Shown here: one piece after another, positions 27,162 to 35,718 of the stretch
Numbering within the stretch: the first letter of the stretch is position 1
Layout: each line of letters starts with the position of its first letter
Assembly: GCA_963555995.3 (NCBI GenBank)
Contig: OY821641.1
Location: 1,248,001 to 1,312,000, forward strand
DNA: 64,000 nt
DNA from: Vicinamibacteria bacterium
GTDB taxonomy: Bacteria > Acidobacteriota > Vicinamibacteria > Marinacidobacterales > Marinacidobacteraceae
Direction: 5' to 3'
The notes under the pieces: generated by a model
What the model was told of the DNA's origin: nothing
Database searches by the model: none
The model's input: only the letters and a program-made list of their open reading frames with translations
Made by a program: the position numbers and the translations under genes

Positions 27162-28691
27162 ATGACGCAGGCCGTCGCAGTTCGGCGGGACGGAGACACG
27201 TTCCAGGCAAGGCAGTTCTGGCTTCGTGCCGCACGTCTCCTAGACCCTCAAAATCGTGTGGCTCGTGTCGGTTTCGAAAGTGGTCCGAAGAGTTTCGACG
27301 ACATCTGGATCGAGTACGAGGAGGGCCAGGAACCAAACGCTCATGACGGGGCTCCTTTGCGTCGCGAACATCTGCAATGCAAGTGGCACGTCAGGCCAGG
27401 TACGTATGGGTACGCCGATCTGATCGAGCCCAAATTCATCAATGCCAGCGCACTCTCGCTGCTTCAGCGCGCGTACGAGGCCCAGTTGGAGCACGCGCCG
27501 GCCGGAACGGGTGCTCGCTTCAAGTTGGTTACGAACTGGCAAATCGATCGCGGGGATCCGCTCCGCCCGATGGTAAGCACCCGGTCGGGGGGCATGCGTC
27601 TGGACCGTCTCTACCGGTCGAAGACCGACAACAGCAAGGACGGTGCGATCCGAAAGGCGTGGCGCGAGCATCTCGGGATCGACGAGGGTGCACTCAGGGT
27701 ACTGGCGCGGACGCTCGCCTTCGGTGAGGTCTCGGAGACACTGGAAGACCTCCGCGAACGTCTTGACGAGGTATTTGCCGTGGTGGGCCTGGCTAGGGTG
27801 CCGCCGAAACAGAGTACGGTGATTTACGACGATCTGGTTTTCCGGTGGATGGCGCAGGGTCGCACTGAGTTTGACCGCGAGTCCTTCCGGGATGCATGTG
27901 CGCGGGAGGGTCTGCTGAGGCCCTCCGAGAACCGGCCTCGTGTCTATGGCGTGAAGTCCTTCGAACATGCCCTCGACCGACTTGAAGAGCGTTGCTCTGA
28001 TGTTCTCGATCTCGTACCGGTCTTCGACCAGCGGTACATTCGCAATGATGCCGAGTGGCGGACGAGGCTCTATCCCGAGCTCGAGGCATTTCTACGCGGT
28101 GCGGCACGGGATGGACGACGCTTACGTCTTGCTCTCGACGCACATACGACTCTGGCATTCGCGGCCGGTTCGGTGCTGAATATCAAGTCAGGCCGTAACG
28201 TAGAGTTGGAACAGCGAACGTTGGGACGACGCGTGTGGGCTGCGGATGACATGCCGCCGGATCCAGAATGGCCGACTTTGCGCGAGTCCGTTCAGAATTT
28301 GGATCGAGATCAAGTCGATCTCGCCGTCGCTCTCAGCATCACACATGATATCTCGGATGACGTTCGACAGTATGTCGATGCGCATCTTCATTGTGTGGGA
28401 AAAATCCTGAACCTTTGTCCGACGGGTGGGGCAAGTGCACAGGTTGTCGCGTGTGGCCGGCATGCATTCGATCTGGTGCAAGCCGCCAAGGCGGCTATTC
28501 GGAGGGCGAAGGTGCAGCGCGGGCGACCGAGTACAACGCATGTGTTCGTGGCAGGGCCGAACGCGCTCACGTTCTTCCTCGGGCAGCAACAACCCGCTCT
28601 CGGACGGGTCCGCCTGTACGAGTTTGACTTCGAAGATGGCCGGGGCGGATCGTACAGCGCGTCGCTGACGCTTCCGTTACCAGGGCAATAA
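27162..28691 (+). CDS. CBASS effector: PD-(D/E)xK-like nuclease plus SAVED domain (Cap4-like)
   Basis: N-terminal GDTFQ...FDDI...LQCKWH; C-terminal AHTTLAFAAG, ALSITHDI, HVFVAGPNALTFFLGQ, LYEF; start at ATG 27162 with GAGG RBS. Confidence 0.85.
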   Translation: MTQAVAVRRDGDTFQARQFWLRAARLLDPQNRVARVGFESGPKSFDDIWIEYEEGQEPNAHDGAPLRREHLQCKWHVRPGTYGYADLIEPKFINASALSLLQRAYEAQLEHAPAGTGARFKLVTNWQIDRGDPLRPMVSTRSGGMRLDRLYRSKTDNSKDGAIRKAWREHLGIDEGALRVLARTLAFGEVSETLEDLRERLDEVFAVVGLARVPPKQSTVIYDDLVFRWMAQGRTEFDRESFRDACAREGLLRPSENRPRVYGVKSFEHALDRLEERCSDVLDLVPVFDQRYIRNDAEWRTRLYPELEAFLRGAARDGRRLRLALDAHTTLAFAAGSVLNIKSGRNVELEQRTLGRRVWAADDMPPDPEWPTLRESVQNLDRDQVDLAVALSITHDISDDVRQYVDAHLHCVGKILNLCPTGGASAQVVACGRHAFDLVQAAKAAIRRAKVQRGRPSTTHVFVAGPNALTFFLGQQQPALGRVRLYEFDFEDGRGGSYSASLTLPLPGQ

Positions 28692-28848
28692 TCGCGCGAG
28701 TCGCTCCCACTACACCGGGAGACCCCGGCGAAGCACGGACCGCGACCACGCACCGCAGGTCGGCCCGGCGGATCGGGTCGCGTGATTTCCACTGTCGTAG
28801 AGACTTGCGGTGGATCTACGTGTGGGACTTCGCGGCCTTCGTCGCGAT

Positions 28849-28871
28849 GCCGGTCTGAAGACCGGCGGTCC
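28849..28871. repeat. REP hairpin downstream of CBASS
   Basis: GCCGGTCTGAAGACCGGCGGTCC. Confidence 0.8.
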
Positions 28872-29044
28872 AGCCGATGCGTAGATCCTGCTATGCTGGC
28901 CGTCAAGGAACACGTCGCTATCGCTCGGTCGTTCCCCAGGGTGCCTGGCTCCCCAGATGGAAAGGCGATCCGGCTTGCCGGAGGCGGAGGGTTCTCGACC
29001 TTCGCCCGTGTTCCCGCGGGGCTACCAGGCGCAGCCCCACCCGC

Positions 29045-29701
29045 TCATTCGGGGTACCGAAACACGGTGACAGCCTCCGTCCGCAGCTTCTCGACGTACT
29101 GCCGGCTGACCGCGTAGAAGGTCTTCAGCGTTACGCGCTTGCCATCGGGACTCCGCTGCACGACGGCGTGATAGAGGGCTCCGTCCACCTCCCTCACAAG
29201 GCTGATCCGGCGAGCCAACTCCGCCGCCGAGAGCGGTCGGGCGGGCATTCGGCGCATCGCCTCGCGGGGCTCCGCCAGCACCGTCATCACGAGCAGCAGG
29301 TCCCGCTTGTCGAGGCGGTGCTTCCGTACCAGCTTGCGCGCATCGCGGGCACGGAGGTACACCAAGTTGGCGTCCGCTCCCAGCCAGCGCTGCACGGCGG
29401 GAGTGAGCAGCCCCACGGGGAGGCGCCCCTGCGGGTTCGCTAGGAACCGGTCCGCGACCGGACTCTGCAGCACGGCGCGCACGCGGCCGCGGTCTTCGTG
29501 GCCGCCACTCCGGCGGCGGGTGTCATACAGCCCTTGATCCGGCTGCTGCGCGTGTCCCTGGACAACCGTGCCCTCCGCAGCGCGACGGCGCGAGGCATCG
29601 CGGGTTACGGCGCGCCGCAGCTCGCGGTCGGCAGCACAGGCCACCAGTCTCGCCCAAGTCCTGATGTACGCCGCCGAGCTGGACGTCCTCGGCCGGGCCA
29701 T
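29045..29701 (-). CDS. Hypothetical protein with a C-terminal PBECR/RelE-like nuclease candidate domain
   Basis: Basic C-terminal domain KLVRKH...VLAEP...LYHAVVQRSPDGKRVTLKTFY has a BECR-fold-like pattern; start uncertain. Confidence 0.45.
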   Translation of the reverse strand: MARPRTSSSAAYIRTWARLVACAADRELRRAVTRDASRRRAAEGTVVQGHAQQPDQGLYDTRRRSGGHEDRGRVRAVLQSPVADRFLANPQGRLPVGLLTPAVQRWLGADANLVYLRARDARKLVRKHRLDKRDLLLVMTVLAEPREAMRRMPARPLSAAELARRISLVREVDGALYHAVVQRSPDGKRVTLKTFYAVSRQYVEKLRTEAVTVFRYPE

Positions 29702-29949
29702 TCTGTTACTTGTCCGGGACACCGTGCGGAGCGCGAGCGGGGTACCGCTGTTCCTGAGGGACCCGGCTGCTTCCGGTCGGGACGAATTGCGATCTCTGCC
29801 GAACGCCGATGCGGATGGGACGAGGCGGGACTTCAGTCCGGACCGGGGACATATGCGCCTCCGCATGGATTCGGGTCTCAGCCGCGCCCTTCTGAGGCGT
29901 GGGTTTCGGCGGCGGTGGAATCTCGTCTCGGACGGGACGCCGCGGTCCG

Positions 29950-30168
29950 TCAGCGCTCGGGGAGGGCGCTTGCCGCCTCGCTCCGGGCGCTGGCCGACGT
30001 CTTCAGGATTGCTTCCATGATCCCTTCAAGGCGCGCCATCCGCTCCCGGAGAGCGCCCATGTCGCGATGGATTCCTACGATCTCCCGCCGCAGGGACATG
30101 TGCGAAGCGACGATGGCAAGGACGATGGAGACCGTCGGAATCACGATCTGGAGCGCCGGAGACATCAC
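29950..30168 (-). CDS. Small TM plus coiled-coil hypothetical protein
   Basis: VLAIVASHMSLRREI...LRERMARLEG, shared with 17694..17981. Confidence 0.55.
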   Translation of the reverse strand: MMSPALQIVIPTVSIVLAIVASHMSLRREIVGIHRDMGALRERMARLEGIMEAILKTSASARSEAASALPER

Positions 30169-30253
30169 TTGGATTCTATCGAGTCACAGCACCGCGTCAG
30201 GAGGTGTTTCCGCGTGGCGGTTGGGCGCCTTGCGCGGCCCTTCGGGCCGCGGT

Positions 30254-30277
30254 GCCGACCTGAAGGTCGGCGCTCCC
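30254..30277. repeat. REP hairpin variant with compensatory stem changes
   Basis: GCCGACCTGAAGGTCGGCGCTCCC. Confidence 0.75.
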
Positions 30278-30383
30278 TTGCCGGCACGCAACGTACAAGT
30301 TTTCGCCCGCCTTGCGGCGGGCGATGCCGGTGTGAACACCGGCGGTCCCGGCACCAGCGGAGCCGACGCCGGGAAATCGGCGA

Positions 30384-30935
30384 TCAGACGGTTTCGCTGG
30401 ACGTCGTCAGCTCGCCGCTGAGCCCGTCCGCTCGGAAATCGAAGAACGGTGCGAAGCGGCGCTGCCACGGCGTCACCCGGGCCCACTGCGACCGTGGATA
30501 GCCCATGGACCGCATCACGTCGTTGTGGGAGAGGACGTTCAGCACGCGGAGAATCGGCGGTTCGCGTTCCTCGATCTCCAGTCGCGCCGCCGTCAACTCC
30601 CGCAGGGTCTCTGACGACGTCTCCGCGAGCGTCATTCGCCGTTCCAGCGCCACGTACTCCCGCGCGAGGTTCCCATGCTCCGAAATCCTGCGTGCGGTGC
30701 CGAACACCAGATCCAGGAGTCCGGCCAGCGTGATGAGCAGCGCGATGGCCATGACGACTGCCTTGTCCGCGTCGTTCAGGAGGGTCACCACGGCGGAGGT
30801 GCCGGAGGCCGCCGTGACGAAGGAGACGCACCGGTTGCACGCCAGGAAGAACCGCTGCCGTCGCTCGTGGTACCGGACCGACTTGCGGACGGCGAACAGG
30901 AGATCGTGCCAGTGGTGGTTCAGCGACGGGGACAT
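30384..30935 (-). CDS. SLATT-like two-TM protein
   Basis: RKSVRYHERRQRFF, two hydrophobic helices, then LDLVFG...H..LAREY helical tail. Confidence 0.6.
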   Translation of the reverse strand: MSPSLNHHWHDLLFAVRKSVRYHERRQRFFLACNRCVSFVTAASGTSAVVTLLNDADKAVVMAIALLITLAGLLDLVFGTARRISEHGNLAREYVALERRMTLAETSSETLRELTAARLEIEEREPPILRVLNVLSHNDVMRSMGYPRSQWARVTPWQRRFAPFFDFRADGLSGELTTSSETV

Positions 30936-30963
30936 GCGTCTATTTTGACGCATGGATCGAGTC

Positions 30964-31170
30964 TCAGTCTTCGGCCTTCTCGGGCTCGGGTTTCGGCGGC
31001 GGCGGCGGAATCTCGTCCCGGACGGGCCGCCGTGTGTCTATCGGGACACTGCAGACGTCCCGTGCGGCTCCCGATTCCGTGAGTGTTCCACGGGACGTCC
31101 CTGACGCGGGCTTCCCGCGCCGTTCGTCGTGTCCCAACTGGACCGGATTCCGTTTCGGCTGATCGCCCAT
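30964..31170 (-). CDS. Small proline-rich hypothetical protein
   Basis: Strong RBS (AAGGAGG) before ATG 31170; ends RRPVRDEIPPPPPKPEPEKAED. Confidence 0.5.
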   Translation of the reverse strand: MGDQPKRNPVQLGHDERRGKPASGTSRGTLTESGAARDVCSVPIDTRRPVRDEIPPPPPKPEPEKAED

Positions 31171-31275
31171 GTCGTGTCCTCCTTCGGGCCGTTCGCGTCG
31201 GCCTCCGTGAATACAGGAATGGGCGCCGGCGCCATGCGGCGCCGACGCCCAAGGTTGGTGCGGAGAGAGCGCGGA

Positions 31276-32949
<1,674 letters not shown>

Positions 32950-33237
32950 CTACTCGACGATGCCCAGGATCTCGTCCTCGCGGACGATGATGTAGTCCTC
33001 GTTGTCGAGCTTGACCTCGGACCCGGAGTACTTTCCGATCAGCACGTGCTGCCCGGGCTTGACCTCGGGAGCCTGACGGCCGCCGTCCTTCAGGACCTTG
33101 CCGGCGCCCACCTCGATCACTTCGGCGGTCATCGGTTTTTCCTTGGCGGTATCGGGGACGATGATGGAGCCGATCTTCTCCTCGGCCGCCTCGAGCCGGC
33201 GGAGCAGAACGTTCTCCCTCAGAGGCTTGAACTTCAT
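32950..33237 (-). CDS. groS: Co-chaperonin GroES
   Basis: MKFKPL, IIVPDTAKEKP, KYSGSEVK, REDEILGIVE. Confidence 0.97.
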   Translation of the reverse strand: MKFKPLRENVLLRRLEAAEEKIGSIIVPDTAKEKPMTAEVIEVGAGKVLKDGGRQAPEVKPGQHVLIGKYSGSEVKLDNEDYIIVREDEILGIVE

Positions 33238-33393
33238 CGGAATGGGTCTCCTCTTTCTGGATGGACGCCACGCGGCATCCATGACTGGGTTGCGATGCGT
33301 CCGGTCGGCCGGGCTTCGAGGGCTCGGGCCGATTTCCGCCGGCCCGCTCGATGGCTGGCCGGCGGCGCCGATCAGCAGCGCCGGACAGCGGGA

Positions 33394-33476
33394 ACGATAC
33401 GCGCGGGCGCTGTTTCTGTCAAGTCGTTTGTTAGCCGCAGCTTGCCATATAAATCTTAGTCGGTTTGACTACGATT
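33394..33476 (-). promoter_or_regulatory. groES promoter plus upstream inverted repeat
   Basis: TTGACA (33422-33417), 17 bp, TATCGT (33399-33394); IR AATCTTAGTC-N5-GACTACGATT at 33452-33476. Confidence 0.65.
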
Positions 33477-33480
33477 CTGA

Positions 33481-34260
33481 TTAGCGGCCGTTCGAGGCGC
33501 GGAGCAGGATTTCGAAGCCGGTCACCGAGGCGGGGACCCGCAGCTCGTCCGCGTCCGTCGCGGGTTCGGTCGGGGTCCCGGCGGCTTCGAGGGCGCGCCG
33601 GTCGGCTGCGAGGTCCGGGGTCTCCAGCACCAGCGCCCGGAGGCCGGGGGGGCCGGGCGCGAAGCGGAGCCGGCAGCCGTTCGGGAAGGGGACGATCACC
33701 CCGCCGCCGTTCGCGGGCTCGAACTCCACGTCGAAGAGCTCCCGGAACCGCCTGCCCGCGGCTTCGGGGTCGCCGCTCCCCGCGACCACCTCGGCGAGCC
33801 GGGTCACGGAGAGCAGGGGACTGACCCGCGCGGGCGGCGGGTCGGGCCAGTTCCAGCTCGACGCGTGCGGCTGGATCAGCTCCACGGTGAAGCCGCAGGC
33901 GTCCTCCGGATAGACGAACGCCTCGAACCCGTCCGCCGCGGGGAAGATGCGGTCCTCGAAGATGGGGGCGGACTCCTTCACGCGGGCCACCGCGCCCTCG
34001 ATGTCGTCGGTCTCGATGGCGATGTGTTCGAGCCCCTCGCCGACGGTGCGGAGGTACTGGCAGACCCGCGCCTCCGGGTTCCAGTTGTGGACCACGTGCA
34101 GCCAGCACTCGTTGCCGAGGAGCTTCCGGGAGTCGAGCTGGAAGCCGCGCCCCTGGTCGGTGCGCAGCTCGGCGGGTTCGAGCCCGACCTGGCGGAGCCG
34201 CTCGGCGGCGGAGGCGTGGCCCGCGTGGGCGGTGCCGATGTGCTGGAGACGGAGGATCAT
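33481..34260 (-). CDS. VOC/glyoxalase family protein (methylmalonyl-CoA epimerase-like)
   Basis: LQHIGTA, GEGLEHIAIETDDI, FVYPEDACGFTVELIQ. Confidence 0.75.
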   Translation of the reverse strand: MILRLQHIGTAHAGHASAAERLRQVGLEPAELRTDQGRGFQLDSRKLLGNECWLHVVHNWNPEARVCQYLRTVGEGLEHIAIETDDIEGAVARVKESAPIFEDRIFPAADGFEAFVYPEDACGFTVELIQPHASSWNWPDPPPARVSPLLSVTRLAEVVAGSGDPEAAGRRFRELFDVEFEPANGGGVIVPFPNGCRLRFAPGPPGLRALVLETPDLAADRRALEAAGTPTEPATDADELRVPASVTGFEILLRASNGR

Positions 34261-34295
34261 GGTGTCTTGTGGGGGTGGAACGGCTGGGAGAGAGC

Positions 34296-34484
34296 GGGAG
34301 CGCCGGTCTTCAGACCGGCATCGCGGCCGAAGGCCGCCAAACTCCCGTGGCCAGCGGGCCGGATGGCGTACCGCCATCCCGTGTGGCGCAACGCCACACG
34401 GATTGGCGCAACGTCATGCGGCAACGCAACACCGGGAGTTTCGCCCGCTGCGCGGGCGGTGCCGGTCTGAAGACCGGCGCTCCC
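34296..34484. repeat. REPIN-like inverted REP doublet
   Basis: GGGAGCGCCGGTCTTCAGACCGGC ... GCCGGTCTGAAGACCGGCGCTCCC with internal TGGCGCAACGCCA hairpin. Confidence 0.85.
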
Positions 34485-34516
34485 GGCTGGCGGCACCTGT
34501 TTGGTCACGGGGTTCT

Positions 34517-34601
34517 TCAATCCACCCCGAGGTGGTGGAGGACGAAGGCCCAGCGGTCGGCTTCGAGTTCGACCCGCATGGAGAGCGGCATCCCGCCGCC
34601 G
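34517..34601 (-). pseudogene. Duplicated 3' end of the prolyl oligopeptidase gene
   Basis: Encodes GGGMPLSMRVELEADRWAFVLHHLGVD*, versus GGGMPVSMRVELEADRWAFLLHHLGVG* at 35719-35803. Confidence 0.85.
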
Positions 34602-34613
34602 CGAAGCTGAGCG

Positions 34614-35240
34614 CTACGCACGCTTCCGCTGGGCAAGGTCAAGATCGTGCTGCTTTCTCGGCAAGGCGAACTCGTAGCCCTCCCGCGACGGGGTCAGGTA
34701 GGTGATCGCCCAGTAGAAGTCATCAAGCGGCACAAAGACTCCGTTCTGCTCGGCCCATGCCCGCATCCGGGGGTTGCACGCGTGCGCCCAGGAGAGGATT
34801 TCGACCCGCCAGCCGCGGCGATGCATTCGTTCGAGCGTGCTGTGAAAGCCGTATCCCTCCCGGTACCCGGCGCCGTCGCCGGTGAGCAGGACGACGGTTC
34901 CCGGATCGCCGTTGTGGTCCAGCGCATCCTCCAGCATTCTCAACTGCAGAAAGCGGTCGGGAACCTCCTGTTCCCCTCGGGTCGGGTCGCCCCGGTCGAA
35001 GAGCTGGACCTCCACCCCCAGACCCTCCATTCGATTCCACAACTGCCGCAGCTCGGGTGGGACCGAGCCGGCGGCGACGGCCCGGGCGACCTTCCGATCC
35101 GCGTGCGCCAGGCGGAGCAGGTTTTCGAAGTGAACGCGAACCCGGTAGCGCGCGTCGGGTCCGGCTTCCCGTTCTTCGGCGTGGCGCCGCGCCTCGATGA
35201 AGATGTTCGAGTTGTCCCAATAGACAAAAACCGAGTTCAT
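34614..35240 (-). CDS. NYN-domain (PIN-like) nuclease
   Basis: VYWDNSNI, AGSVPP, EQEVPD, VVLLTGDG, GWRVEILSW, FVPLDDF. Confidence 0.85.
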   Translation of the reverse strand: MNSVFVYWDNSNIFIEARRHAEEREAGPDARYRVRVHFENLLRLAHADRKVARAVAAGSVPPELRQLWNRMEGLGVEVQLFDRGDPTRGEQEVPDRFLQLRMLEDALDHNGDPGTVVLLTGDGAGYREGYGFHSTLERMHRRGWRVEILSWAHACNPRMRAWAEQNGVFVPLDDFYWAITYLTPSREGYEFALPRKQHDLDLAQRKRA

Positions 35241-35449
35241 CGTCGCGGGTGGCCTCCTGGCTGTTCTGGCTGGAAAATCCTAGCCCACGGATCGCGCCGC
35301 ACCCCGGCTCCGGCCGGACCGTCGGAGCGAGTAGCGCTGCGTGCGCGGCCTGCGGCCGCGGTGCCGGTCGGAAGGCCCCCACCGGGATTAATCCTCATGT
35401 GCGAATTCTCCGGCGCCTCCGGTCCGTCATGAAGATGGCGGAAACGGCT

Positions 35450-35688
35450 TGGAGCGCCGGCTTCAGCCGGCACAGCCCGCCGCAGGCGGGCGGGCGACGT
35501 TTCGCTGTTCGCGGTGATGGACCTGGGGCCGACGCCATCGCGCGGGGCAGCGTCGTGCCGTGCGCGGCGCGGAGCGCCGCGGTGCCGGTCTGGAGACCGG
35601 CGTTCCAAGCCGGTGCGTCGTGCGGCGGAACAGCTCCACGCACCTCGCGGCCCTGCGGGCCGCGGTGCCGGCTGAAGCCGGCGTTCCA
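35450..35688. repeat. REP cluster containing one diverged copy of the 144-bp unit
   Basis: Hairpins at 35456, 35584 and 35667; internal CGCTGTTCGCGGTGATGGACC shared with the 5633-6662 array. Confidence 0.8.
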
Positions 35689-35718
35689 AGCCGGCTGCGT
35701 GGTTTGGCCCATCGGTGC

